In this document: positions 50,539 to 62,443 of the stretch, one piece after another
Numbering within the stretch: the stretch's first letter is position 1
How the letters are laid out: each line of letters starts with the position of its first letter
From: Octopus vulgaris
Lineage: Eukaryota
NCBI GenBank assembly: GCA_951406725.2
Contig: OX597818.1
Location: 19,902,001-19,966,000, forward strand
DNA: 64,000 nt
Reading direction: 5' to 3'
The notes under the pieces: model-generated
Database searches by the model: none
What the model was told of the DNA's origin: nothing
Seen by the model: the letters and a program-made list of their open reading frames with translations, nothing else
Translations under genes and position numbers: made by a program

Positions 50539-51960
50539 ATCCAAACATGAAAACAAAAAGAGAAAACACGAGGACGTGGAACAAGTGTAGTGTTATTGGA
50601 CGCTCAAGAAAAAAAAGAAAGAAGGAAGATTTAACGTTTCAAGCGGAGCTCTTCGTCAGAAACATAGAAAAAGGAAAGATCCAAAGAAGGGAAGGCGGAG
50701 GAAAAAATCGTCAACGATACACATGCAGTCACATCCACGCAATATTTATGTCTTTCTAGTCAACATGTACACACATCAACTATCCAGTCATCATTTATAA
50801 CATCTTGTCTATGTCTTCATCATCATCATCATCATTTAACGTCCATGTTCCATAATGCTATGAGCTGAATTGTTTGACAGGGACCACTGTGTCCAAGGAC
50901 TGCATCAAGCTCCAGTGTCTACTTTGGTGTGGTTTTTATGACTGGATATCCTTCCTAACACCTATCCCTTTACAGCTTGCACTAAGTGCTTTTATTTCGT
51001 ACCACCTGTGCTATTGAGATCACCATGTAGTTTGCAGCAGGACTATGAACCCTAGGGTAGATTGGGTGAGGGGAAGGTTAGCTTCATATTAAGGGATGAG
51101 TGGATTATTATGAGTGGGGCAGCACAGGTTTCTCCATAGAAATCTGCATGGCTACTCACACCTGGTATGCTCATGAGAGAGAGAGACAGACAGACATACA
51201 TAGACAGAGATATAAAATAGCTAGTAGGATCTGAAAGTGCCCAAGTTGCACTGAAAGGTACAAGCTGGGTAGAAGTGGGTGACCCTATCAAAATCTAAAC
51301 ACTGTATCTGTCCAGTCAACATCTGCTCATTGTATCTGTCCAATCAATATCTACATACTATCTCTTTCTAATAATTTTCTACATGCTATCTATATATCCA
51401 GTCAACATTTACACACTGTGATTATATATCTGCTGTCTAGGAGTCTATTTTAAAATAGCTTCTGTCATCTTGCTGCTGCTGCTGTTGTTGTTGTTGTTGT
51501 TGTTGATACCATCAACACCTTCATGTTCATAATGATAAAACTGATGAAAATGAGATGATCATCATTATTACTATCAGTGCCCTACGAGTTTTGCTATTGT
51601 TATTGTGATAATCATTGGGGATTCTCCTTGTTGTCATCCCCTCCACACACACACACACACACACACACACATTATTGTCATCATCATCATCAATTTTGTT
51701 AGTTTGTTGGAGTGCAGGGTTAGTTGTTATCATCTTGATTGCTTGTGGTTTTAGTCATAATCATCAGCTTACTCATTTAAATCATAATCGGCGGCATCAT
51801 CATCATCAGCATCATCATCATCAACAACAACAACAACAGTAACAATTATCCATCTAATTTAACTGTCTTCGTATCACAGTTATTTAATGCATCATTTGTT
51901 TTTTTTTTCTCTTTTCAGATAGATGGTTCCTATGATATCAAATTGTTATCATATAGTTGA
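40069..51960 (+). CDS. NICN1: Nicolin-1 (tubulin polyglutamylase complex subunit), 7 exons, 222 aa
   Basis: Exons 40069-40203, 43289-43364, 44876-44976, 47325-47435, 47842-47943, 49554-49655 and 51919-51960 are all GT-AG and in frame. Motifs F.NYYTA.L.I, W.TCLR.Y.LMP.PH.E.G, L.LIL.QPSP.W..F and C-terminal DG.YD..LLSY match vertebrate NICN1 as recalled. Confidence 0.92.
43289..43364 (+). CDS. NICN1: NICN1 exon 2
   Basis: tag|IDEIHFQNYYTALLTIKAKFQLANQ(D)|gtaaga. Confidence 0.9.
44290..44760 (-). mobile_element. Degraded RTE LINE RT fragment in NICN1 intron 2
   Basis: Remnant of the (Q)FGFMP..G.TD motif at its 5' end, plus AMYRGAACKVRVN. Confidence 0.55.
44876..44976 (+). CDS. NICN1: NICN1 exon 3
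   Basis: tag|(D)SKVWKTCLRKYPLMPAPHCEIGSESNFVIGKKQ|gtaaat. Confidence 0.9.
45990..46357 (-). mobile_element. RTE LINE 3' end
   Basis: (CAT)n tail plus the GGATGCCCTTCCTAATGCCAACC segment. Similar pieces at about 23270-23547, 42600-42790, 50815-51030, 56770-57188 and 58358-58800. Confidence 0.75.
47325..47435 (+). CDS. NICN1: NICN1 exon 4
   Basis: tag|LICELTNVVELKLILLQPSPVWIDFSLEDIKLFRGSQ|gtaaat. Confidence 0.9.
47842..47943 (+). CDS. NICN1: NICN1 exon 5 (acidic linker)
   Basis: aag|HSVVQKPVDKEIKDDEEENEVENEDGDECMKYNP|gtaagt, phase 0-0. The acceptor position is less certain; an alternative in-frame AG is at 47856. Confidence 0.7.
48008..48582 (+). mobile_element. tRNA-derived SINE with Meta-like central domain, internally triplicated
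   Basis: Three tandem units of about 165-180 bp: GTTCTGAGTTCAAATTCC..GAGGTCGACTTTGCCTTTCATCCTTTCGGGGTCGAT..AAGTACC. Single copies at about 18880-19065, 24580-24725(-), 38709-38872, 39080-39255, 39560-39750(-), 45645-45850, 46566-46780 and 49116-49322. Confidence 0.8.
49554..49655 (+). CDS. NICN1: NICN1 exon 6
   Basis: ttctag|FGMDLSAISKTMQKWSLINQPLNSRSKVKQSKYE|gtttgt. Confidence 0.8.
49745..50122 (-). mobile_element. Full-length tRNA-derived SINE (third family) with (AAAC)n tail
   Basis: A-box TGGCCCAGTGG, B-box GTTTCGATTCCC, (AAAC)n tail; flanked on both sides by (CTG)n. Confidence 0.8.
51919..51960 (+). CDS. NICN1: NICN1 exon 7 (terminal)
   Basis: ttttcag|IDGSYDIKLLSYS*; AATAAA signals at about 52098 and 52195. 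Confidence 0.9.
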   Translation: MDGSYDIKLLSYS

Positions 51961-52370
51961 ACAACACTCAATGTATCTGATATCAATGTATCATTGAAAC
52001 ATTTCTGAAAATCTAAATTTTGATGGATTATCCAACATCAGCTCATAACCATCTAGCTAACTGATAGAGTACATAACATCAACTTATCATATAGCAGAAT
52101 AAAATTCAATGACATTTGTGATACAAAACAGTATTTATGTAACTAATTATAGTGCAATGGATTATGTGATATCATCCTTGTTATCATGTATCTTAATAAA
52201 GTTTTGATAGAACATATATGAACTTATCATTCAAGTGAATGAAACTCAATGAAATTTCTGGTACAAAAAAAATAATCATATAAGAAAATGGAACATGATA
52301 GATTATCTGTTATCATCCTATTTATTATGTAACTAAATGAATTTCTGACTCACTATAAAATATAAACATA

Positions 52371-53661
52371 CGAGGGGCGTTCAATAAGTAATGCCTCTGA
52401 CCCACTTTCAGTTGTTTGATCTAGCTGAAAATTTACATGTGCAATTATTTATATCTATATAGATTAGGTGGCAAATTACAGCTCTGAACTAATTGTGGTT
52501 TCTAATATACAGGTGTTTGAACTGAGTCAAGTGTGAAATGGAGCCTGTTGAGTGTCGAGCAGTGATCCGGTTTTTGTATTTGAAAGGACGCACACCACGG
52601 GAGACTTTTGATGAAATGAAAGTAACTTATGGTGATGATGCCCCATCATATGACCTTGTAAAACGCTGGCATCGTAAATTCAAACATGGTTGGAACTCTG
52701 TGGAAACAGCTCCCAGATCTGGTTGCCCCCTTCTGCCATTGATGAGGCATCTGTCCGTCAAGTTGAGGCTGCCATTTTGGAAGATCGACGCATAACTATT
52801 CGCCAAATAGCCCATGAGGTCAAGTTTAGTACCGGGTCTGTGGAAACTATTATTCATGACCATTTGCATATGCAAAAGGTGTCTGCCAGATGGATTCCCA
52901 GGTTGCTCACACCTTTCCAGAAGCAAGAACGCGTCGAGTACTCGAGGATGAATTTGGAGATGTGCCAAGAAGATGAGTCAAAATTTTTCAAAAGACTGAT
53001 TACACAGGATGAAACCTGTGTCCATCACTATGATCCAGAGACCAAAGCCCAGTCAATGCAGTGGAAGCACCATGACTCACCTCCTCCAAAGAAGGCAAGG
53101 GGACAGCCCTCCGCTGGCAAGGTCATGCTCACAGTCTTCTGGGACCAGGACGGAGTAGTGATGACAGATTTCCTGGCAAAGGGTACCACAATTACAGGAG
53201 CCTATTATGCTTCACTTTTGAGGAAATTAAGAGAAGCTATCAAAATCAAGAGGCGGGGCAAGATCAGCAAAGGCATCCTCCTCCTGCAGGACAACGCTCC
53301 GGTCTACAACTCGCGTGTCGTCAGATCAGAAGCACAAGCATGCGGCTATGAACTCCTCCCCCATCTCCCTACTCTCCTGACCTTGCACCCTTTGATTTTC
53401 ACCTCTTCCCAGCCATGAAGTTGTTTTTGAAAGGAAAGCGTTTCCCAGATGATGCAGCCTTGATTTCTGAAGTCACGTCGTGGTCGGAGGACCAAGCTGG
53501 GGTCTTCTACAAAAACGGTCTCCAGAGTTGCATCAAACGATGGGAGAAATGTGTAACTCTGAGTGGTTCCTATGTAGAAAAAGACTAATAACTGTGCCAA
53601 GTTTCGTTACTCTACTGCTATGGGAAGTGGGTCAGGGGCATTACTTATTGAACGCCCCTCG
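52371..53661 (+). mobile_element. Full-length mariner (DD34D) element, 1291 bp, frameshifted transposase
   Basis: TA target duplication; TIRs CGAGGGGCGTTCAATAAGTAATGCC / GGCATTACTTATTGAACGCCCCTCG. Transposase 52538-53588 has WIPRLL, TQDET, QDNAP and YSPDLAP.DF motifs but is broken by two frameshifts. Confidence 0.95.
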
Positions 53662-54308
53662 TATATTAATCTAATTACCATATTTGGAGTTAATAAGTGA
53701 TTCCATAGCTTACAATTTTTTCCAAGATCATTTTAACCCAAAGGAAAATCTACCTCTAATGAACCACCATGAGGTGATTTGTAAGGGCAATTTTCTTCAT
53801 AATTTAGCCAGTAGGAAAGCTCAGTCTCATTCCAGGGTTTCATTTCAAGATAAGAACCTTCAGACTAGTCAAGAACTGAGAAATGAATTAGTTCCTTAAT
53901 ACACTGACTTGCCATAAGGATGATCTATGGAAGAGATGAGATGATACAGGAGAGAAAACAGGTAAAATTATCCTTGAATCATATCCTCCTGAACATACTA
54001 GCAAAAAATGCACATTTTCAAAACTAACAAATTCATAAAAAGACTCAAATGAAGCTCATTACTTTGATAGAAATAACCCAAACACTACATCTAAACCTAA
54101 AATTTGACTCCAGAACAAAAAAATGCCTCATTGATCATTCTGAGACATTTTTTTGTGATTGCTTTTACTTTTTGTCTCATAAACTTCTAATTAGTAAGAG
54201 ATATAACTGACACTAGAAAAATAAATTCCAGAAAGATCTCTGAAAGAAAATATCACTCTAAAAAATTAATTAACAATGTCCACACTTGTAGTTGGACAAA
54301 ACTAGAAA

Positions 54309-54470
54309 TCATCATCATCATCATTGTTTAATGTCTGCTTTCCATGCTAGCATGAGTTGGACGATTTGATTGAGGACTGGCGAACCAGATGGCTGCACTA
54401 GGCTCCAATCTGATCTGGCAGAGTTTTTACAGCTGGATGCCCTTCCTAATGCCAACCAATCTGTGAGTGT
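54309..54470 (-). mobile_element. RTE LINE 3' tail directly downstream of the tRNA-Pro copy
   Basis: Same RTE 3' terminal sequence ending in (GAT)n. Confidence 0.75.
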
Positions 54471-54481
54471 AAAATAATGAT

Positions 54482-54553
54482 GGGCTTGTCCGGGATTTGA
54501 ACCTGGGACCTCTCGCACCCAAAGCAAGAATCATGCCCCTAGACCAACAAGAT
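54482..54553 (-). tRNA. tRNA-Pro(TGG), probable pseudogene
   Basis: ATCTTGTTGGTCTAGGGGCATGATTCTTGCTTTGGGTGCGAGAGGTCCCAGGTTCAAATCCCGGACAAGCCC closely follows eukaryotic tRNA-Pro. The first two acceptor pairs are broken and there is an A-C mismatch in the T-stem. Confidence 0.8.
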
Positions 54554-55394
54554 TCATGCAACATACAATGAGTAGCCTCCAATTCCATAACAGGCACCCA
54601 CCAAAAAATACTCTTAACACTTTGACATTACTATCCTTAACACTGACAAATTCTGCATAGATAGCCCAGAATTTAGAAATTGAGTTGAATTTTTTATCCT
54701 AAAAACCCAACTATAATTTTTGAAAAACACAAACCAAACTTTAGTTAAACTTCACTAGTCTCATTGATCCAAGTAAAGTCAACAAGCAATTCTTGATGAA
54801 ATTACCCCCAACAATATCCACTAACTCTATGGAAAGTACAGGTGTAGTAATAAACTGGTTCAAGGCCATTCAGTATTTTCACATAGCTCAACATTACAAA
54901 CTGTGTACTTCCTATCCACCATAAAAGACTTCTTATAAAATCAGCTTCATATTCCAGTCAGTTCTCTCCTAACTGTGAAAAAGATAAGAACAGTATCCTA
55001 CATGCACAGGAGTGGCTGTGTACTAAGCAGTTTGCTTCTCCACCACATAGTTCCAAGTTCAGTCCCACTGCATGGCACCTCAGGCAGATGTCTTCAACTA
55101 TAGCTTTAGACCAATCAAAGCCTTGTGAGTAGATTTGGTAGACAGGAACAGAAAAGAAGCCCATCAGGTGTGTGTGTATGTTTGTCCCCCACACTGCTTG
55201 ACAAACAGTGTTAGTGTGTTTAAACCACTCATAACTTAGTGGTTCAGCAAAAGAGACCAATACAACGAGTAACAGGTTTAAAAAGAAATTAAGTACTAGG
55301 GTTGATTAATTTGACTAAATTTCCTCAAGGCAGTGCTCCAGCATAGCCGCAATGTAATGATTTAAACAAGTAAAAAAGGTAAAAGATATGTATG

Positions 55395-55972
55395 TGTGTA
55401 TGCGTGAGAAGACCTGGCAGGACAAGTGAGACCATAACCCATGGCCTCTACCTGGGATGTAGCCAGTCCACTTATGCATACCTTTCCTTCTTGAGACACA
55501 AAACTCTACTTGTGAAGACCTGTTGAGCAAGTGGAAAGCAGAATCAAAATCGAAATCGATCAACATCAATGGAAATTGTAGCTGTGATACCAGTGCTGGT
55601 GGCACGTAAGTGAACCATCCAAATGTGGCCGTTGCCAGCGCCGCCCCGACGGGCCTCCGTGCCGGTGGCACGTAAAAAGCACCATCCGATCGTGGCCGTT
55701 GCCAGCCTGGCCTAGCCCCAGTGCCGGTGGCACGTAAAAAGCACCATCCGACCATGGCCGTTTGCCAGCCCCGTCTGGCACCAGTGCTGGTGGCACATAA
55801 AAAGCACCCACTACACTCATGGAGTGGTTGGCGTTAGGAAGGGCATCCAGCCATAGAAACATTGCCAGATCAGACTGGGCCTGGTGCAGCCTTCTGGCTT
55901 CCCAGACCCCAGTTGAACCGTCCAACCCATGCTAGCATGGGAAGCGGATGCAAAATGATGATGATGATGATA
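55395..55972 (+). mobile_element. 5'-truncated RTE LINE (ORF end plus 3' UTR)
   Basis: Reads REKTWQDK*, then the same 3' UTR and (GAT)n tail. Confidence 0.8.
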
Positions 55973-58494
55973 TTTACGTGTGTGTGTGTGTGTCTTTGTG
56001 TCTGTATTTATCTCTCAAACACTGCTTGACAACTGGTGTTGGTATTTTTAAGCACCATAACCTAGCAGTTTGGCAAAAGAGACTGACAGAATAAGTAGCA
56101 GGCTTCAAAAATAAATAAAAAGTACTGATTAGGGGTCAATTCATTCAAGTGAAATTCCTCAAGGCAGAGCCCCATTATGGTCACAGTCTAATGAGTGAAA
56201 CAAACAACAGATAAGAGATAAAAGATGACAGAAAACGTTACAACAGCAGATAAATATGATTTCCAATGAACCTGTTGACATCAGCCTGAGTACACTTGGA
56301 CTTCACTTATTCAAGTCACTTAGTTAATCTTATCTTATTATATAACATGCACTCTAAATTTCCATGCAATGAGGGTGGCTTCTACAGGTTACCTCCTGAT
56401 CCACAAAGACATAAAATCTATTCAATTACCCTTATAAAATTTACCCTAAAAATACTTGGCCCCAAGATTTATATTCTGCTACACTTTAAATTCTATCTCT
56501 TGCAATAAGGTTTTTATCAATCCTATTTTATAGCTAAAGTGTCATTCTTAGATTCACCAAAATTTCTCCTAAAAAGCAAATTCATCTTAATGGGTCACTT
56601 TTAACTAACATTAACCCCTTACATTCACACATTTTGCCACATACAACTGGACATGTGAATGTTAAAGCAATGATGATGAGGAGGTTGATGACAAACCCCA
56701 GCTGCATTAACAGATAACAAATAAATATAAAAATCCTTCCAAGAAATGAACCCAATAATTATTCATCATGCCTCACGGAGGCAAAGTGGCAAGAGTTCCT
56801 TTCAAGCATTGGGCCTCACAAAGGCAAAGTGGCTGAATTCCTTTTGAGTGTTGGGCCTCATGAAGGCAGTGACCGAGACCTTTGACATTATGTCATGCTT
56901 GAGAAGAAGACCCATCAAGCCAAGCAAAGTCGCAATTGTGGCAGATACCAGTGTCACACAAATGGGCATGTAAATGCACACCAGTGTCATGCAAATGGCA
57001 CTTGTGCCAGTGGCACATAAAAGCACTCATTACACTCTTAGAGTGGTTGGCATTAGGAAGGGCATCCAACCATAGAAAAACATGCCAAATCAGACTAAAG
57101 TCTGGTGCAGCCTTCCGGCATGCCAGCCCAAGTCAAACTGTCCAACCCATGCCAGCAAGGACAATAGACGTAAAATGATAATGATGATGCAACTACCTTT
57201 TCCGCCTCTCTCTCTTTCCTTCTTTCTCACACTTTCTCTCTCATACGGACTCTTCTCTGTCAGCTTCTCTCTCTCTATCTCTCTTATATACACACTGTCT
57301 ATATGGTTAAACACGTTAAGGAGCGGTGTTCTAAATGCTGTATGCAAAAAAGTTTTGAATTAATGAAAATCTCCCTCTTAACTAGAGGTAGAAAACAAAT
57401 GCATAGTGGCAATTCTTAACAACTCGTAAAAGGAAAAGGACTATGATATAAAGAAATGAGGAAGTTATTTCTTGAAGTTAATTTACATGCTTTGAGGAAA
57501 TTATGATCTTTGCCAACAAGGGACATCTATGCACGTGTTTCAGTTTTTTAAACAGTATCAGCATAGCATACTCTACACAGGCTTCCTTGATCAATTTCCA
57601 AAGGTTTTTGTTATTTAAAAAAAAGTGTTACAATTTTTGACCAGATCCACACCTCGCAGCAGAAGTATTAAAGACTGATCCTTCTGGTTGTGTAAAGCAC
57701 TCATAGCAGTGTCATGTAAAAGCGCCTGTGCAGCGATGCATAAAAGTGCTTGTGCTGCAACACATAAAAGCGCCCTTGTTAGTGCCTTGTGAAAGTATCC
57801 AGCACACTCTGTAAAGTGGTTGGCATTAGAAAGGGCATACAGCCCTAGAAACCATGCCAAATCAGACTGGACTCTGGTACAGCCCCACCAACACCCCCAC
57901 CCCCACCCCGACTTGCCAGCTCTGATAACACCATCCAACCTTATGCCAACATGGACAACGGATGTGAAATCAAAGAAGTTAGGGGAAATTATTCATGTGG
58001 CCCATAGAAGTTATTTCCCTTAGTACTGTCGGCCTATGTCTGTGTATGTCTCTTTCTCTTTTTCTCTCTCTTTCTCTCTCTCTCTCTTTCTCTTTTCCTC
58101 TCTTCACAGTTAAGTATTAAAATCTAAACCAGCAGCAATTCATTTTCTGCTATATTATTTAGCCAGCTTGTCATTTTGTTATTCATAAACCATGTATATC
58201 ATCATTGGATTTATTTCATATTCACATATACCACAATGCAGTAACGCCAAAAGGCTATACGGCAAGGCTTCATGTGTAGCATTCCTCCCACACTTCATAT
58301 ATACAAACAAAAGCAGAGAATAAACACTGTTTAGTGCACAATGAATAAATATATATAGCGTTAGGAAGGGCATCCAGCCGTATAAACATTGCCAGTTCAG
58401 ACTGGGCTTGGTGCAGCCTTCTGGCTTCCCAGATCCCAGTTGAACCGTCCAACCCATGCTAGCATGGAAAGCGGACGCTAAACGATGATGATGA

Positions 58495-58539
<45 letters not shown>

Positions 58540-58797
58540 TTCCTGTGCAGGTGGCACATAAAAACCACCATTTGAGCGTGGCCGTTGCCAGTACCGCCTG
58601 ACTGGCCCTCATGCCGGTGGCACTTAAAAGCACCTACTACACTCTCAGAGTGGTTGACGTTAAGAAATGCATCCAGCTGTAGAAACTCTGCCAGATCAGA
58701 TTGGAGCCCGGTGCAGCCATCTGGTTCGCCAGACCTCAGTCAAATCGTCCAACCCATGCTAGCATGGAAAGCAGACGTTAAACGATGATGATGATGA

Positions 58798-58869
<72 letters not shown>

Positions 58870-59604
58870 GAATTTTTTCCATCTTTAGCCTTTATGTTAA
58901 CAAATAGTCATATTTCATATGTGTGTGTCTAAGATAGGTGAGCCTGGGCATGAGCATATGCTCCTCTTGTATCGTCTTCAGGACTAACATCTATGAATAT
59001 ATCAAGCCCCTTGCATTGTTGTGCAAGTGAAGGCCTCTTATTATAGTGGTTGATATGTTATTTCTCAGCAGAAGCCATTTAATTATTGAGTCATTCATTT
59101 TCGTGTTCAGGAGGAAAGCATGTAAAACTGTATCATGTTTTTTTTTTATTTAGTTAATCCATATAAGTGACTCAAAATGCTGCACTGTTCATGCATTTAA
59201 TATTTCATATTAAAGATTGGTGTTGACTTTGTCTTTTATCCTTTTAGGGATCAATAAAATAAATACTAGCTGAATACTGGGGTTGATGTAATTGATTTAC
59301 CCACTTCTCTAAATAAAATTGCTGGGTTTGTGCCAAAATTTGAAACTGATATTTCATATTTGTGCTACATATACTGACAATTTGTTTCTGTTTTTCTTCT
59401 ACATCATCAGTGAAAAGTAGTAGAACAATACATAGTCAGTTAAATTATATATTCAAGCAGTGAATTAGAATAATTGCCATCATTTTAAATCAGGGAGAAA
59501 GGAAGAGAAAAACACTGAGATAGAGTTACACAAATCATAGGAATAATTTTGAATATAACTAGAAAAGCACTTGGAGAGCGCAGACCTCTGCCAAACCAGC
59601 AGGG

Positions 59605-60030
59605 GCAGCACTACGACGACGACAACAACTATCACCACCACCACCACCACCACCACTACCACCATATCACAATCACCACCACAACTATCCTACCACTATC
59701 ACCACCACCACAACCACCAACATCATCAGCAGCATTGTTATTGCTTCCACTTCAACCACATACACCGTCATCAACATTATCATGACGGTTATCTTGACAG
59801 TCACTTTCACCACCACAACCAGTATAGCCACAACAATATCACCATCACACAACTAACACTATCATCAACACCACTATTACCACCATCACCTCAGCATCAC
59901 ACATCACACCACTCCTGTCACCATTATAACCACTAATACTAATTTATCCTCCTCCCATACTTATCTCGACCATCGTCATCATCAACACTGTCTCTGCTTT
60001 CACCACAATTACCGTCAAAACTACGATCAC
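59605..60030. repeat. Degenerate (CAC)n/(CAT)n trinucleotide region
   Basis: Directly visible. Similar tracts at 46980-47130 and 51470-51840. Confidence 0.85.
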
Positions 60031-60329
60031 TACAATCAGTTTCTTTACATAGTTGAAAATCCATTAACCAATACTCATGGGACTGAGATTGTTGCAGGTT
60101 TTTGATTTTTCTAATTTTGGAGTGCTTTATTAAAAAAAAAATTGCATCTACAAAATGGAACAGTTTGAGGATAGAAACCAGGTCTAAACACAATAGCTTA
60201 TAGACATACTCTGAATGTAGTTCTATATAAATTTTTAATAATTTTTTTCTATACTTAAGACCATCAGAAATGTTAAGATATCAGCCTCTGCTCACGTTGT
60301 CATGCTTTGCTTAAAAGGTTACAGCATAG

Positions 60330-60810
60330 ATTAGATTACTTAGATAAGTTTTGGCCAAAGTTGACTCAGGCCATGTCTAATTTAATAGCACCGCCTGGAA
60401 GAGATAAACGGTCAGCTCTGGGGAACCATAGCCCATTCAAGCAGAGGGTTATTGTTTTCAGAGACATATCTGGGTGTGGGTGGTTTATCTGGTATTTGTT
60501 GGGGGTAATCATCTGGGATCATTTGAATGCTGTGAAGTCACTTTCCTCCTTTATGTGTATCTGGCACGATGTTGAAGAGAGCAGGGCCAATTGAGGTGAA
60601 ATAGTTCTGTCATAGTGTTGTGATATGACACGAACATTTCTGTAGTGGACGGATGGCACAGGGACTAAGCCTCGGACAAATCTGAAAGATGGGCAATGTT
60701 GATGGAATATTTTCCACATCATACAGATGATATAGAGCTCACAGCGGCGATGGAGGGAGCAAAGCCTGAGCTTTTTGAGTCAATACCAATAGTTAAGCCT
60801 TGTCATGTCA
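60330..60810 (-). mobile_element. CR1-group LINE 3' fragment
   Basis: YWY.LKKLRLCSLHRRCELYIICMMWKIF, the same family as 30720-31480. Confidence 0.75.
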
Positions 60811-61141
60811 GCCTCCACAGACCTCTGCCAAGCAGCTCATTTTAAGATAGATATGCAAGTAAAATTACTAATAAAGAAACGAAAATAAACTTTGGAAACA
60901 GCAACGCCACCATAGGTTACATGCAAACGATGAACGTGTTTTCAAGGGAGATAATCAAAGAATGTAACTAATACTTCATGTAAAGTAAATAAAACAAATG
61001 AAAAATCCTTCAAGAATCCATAAAAATTCCCGGATGACTACCAAAATTTCATCATCTGTTCTTTGTGTCATTACCAACTTTTCTTGCAAGTTTTATCAAA
61101 TACTGTTCACAACTTTCTGAGTTATTTTGCACACAGTCGGA

Positions 61142-62020
61142 CAGGGATTGCCTGAAAAGTTCATAGGCTGACCAAGAGACTTTCATTAAATGTGGATCAA
61201 ATAAGATTAGCTTTTCCACATAGTCCCCCTTATAGTTCACACACTTCTTCCATCAATGTTGCAGTGCTTGAATCCCATTGCTGAAGAAGCTTTCATGTTG
61301 TTGGTCAACAGCAGATTCACATCATCATCATGGTGATACTGGCTCCCAGCCAAGTGTTTTTTCATGTTGAGGAACAGATGATAGTCAGAGGAGGCCAAAT
61401 CAGAAAATAGGGAGGCTGATCAAACAGTTCAAAGACACAGTCAGTTACAGCAGCCACTGAAATCAAGAACTTGTCTCTGCCTCAAAGTAAGGAAGCCAAC
61501 ACTCATCTTGAGTTAAGAAACCAGCTGGATCTACCTGAAACAATGTCAGATTTTCCTGTGATGTAATCAACCTGGTGTGCTTTAGATCAGGTGCTAGAAG
61601 ATGTGGCACTCACCAAATAGAAATCTTCATCATGCCAAGCTCATTGTGCAGAATATTCTCAGTTCTCTTATGGGATATGCTAATAGCACTGGCTATTTGA
61701 TTTATAATCAATTACTGGTCATCCATCACCATGTGGTGAACACAATCAACGTTTTCCTCAGTGGTAGCAATTGCAGAACATCCAAAACTTGGGTCATCTT
61801 CAAGACTCTCCATTCCCTCTTAAATTCAGCTGCTCTCTTTTACACTGTAGATAAAGCTGGAGTGGCATCCTCTTATGTATCAACTATGTCAGCTTCAATG
61901 TCCTCGAGGGCTAAACCCTTTTACTGCAGGTACATGATAACACCATGATGCCAAATTTTGTTGATTTTTCAAGAGAAATCATTACTAGTTACTTTTGAAG
62001 TCTTCTTTGAATAGTTTACC
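61142..62020 (-). mobile_element. Internally deleted mariner of the same family as 655-1895
   Basis: TIR CTGAAAAGTTCATAGGCTGACCAAGA and collinear transposase remnants in the opposite orientation. Confidence 0.8.
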
Positions 62021-62302
62021 TCGAAAGAAGGAGATGGCTTTGAATCCAATTGAGAGACTGGATTATAATAAAGGGATAGAAATAGGTGTCTTGCTATAGA
62101 GGTGGTACTTTTCCAGTAGGAAAAGAAAAGAGAGATAGATTAATAGAGAAACAGACAGACAAAGTGAGAGAGAGAGAGAAAGAAAGAGAGAGGGGGAGAG
62201 GGAGAGGGAGAGAGAGAGAGAGAGAGAGAGAACAAATGTCATCATGATATTTAAACTGAAATATTTTGGTTCCTCACTTCATGAAAACTGTTTATTTTTC
62301 AG

Positions 62303-62342
62303 ATCATGGAAATCATAAAATTCTGTTTCTTAGCAATGACTT
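62303..62342 (+). pseudogene. Paralog of the Ig-gene signal-peptide exon with a non-canonical AT donor
   Basis: tttttcag|ATC ATG GAA ATC ATA AAA TTC TGT TTC TTA GCA ATG ACT T|ataagt (MEIIKFCFLAMT). Flanks 62235-62375 align inverted to 13036-13180. Confidence 0.65.
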
Positions 62343-62406
62343 ATAAGTTTATTTAGAATAATTCCCACCACCTCTCTTATCCTCTCTCTTCCCCTTCTCT
62401 TTATCT

Positions 62407-62443
<37 letters not shown>

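Noticed and set aside
59480-59936. His/Thr-rich ORFs (also 46846-47180)
   Set aside because: Trinucleotide repeats open in several frames, with no splice or homology support.
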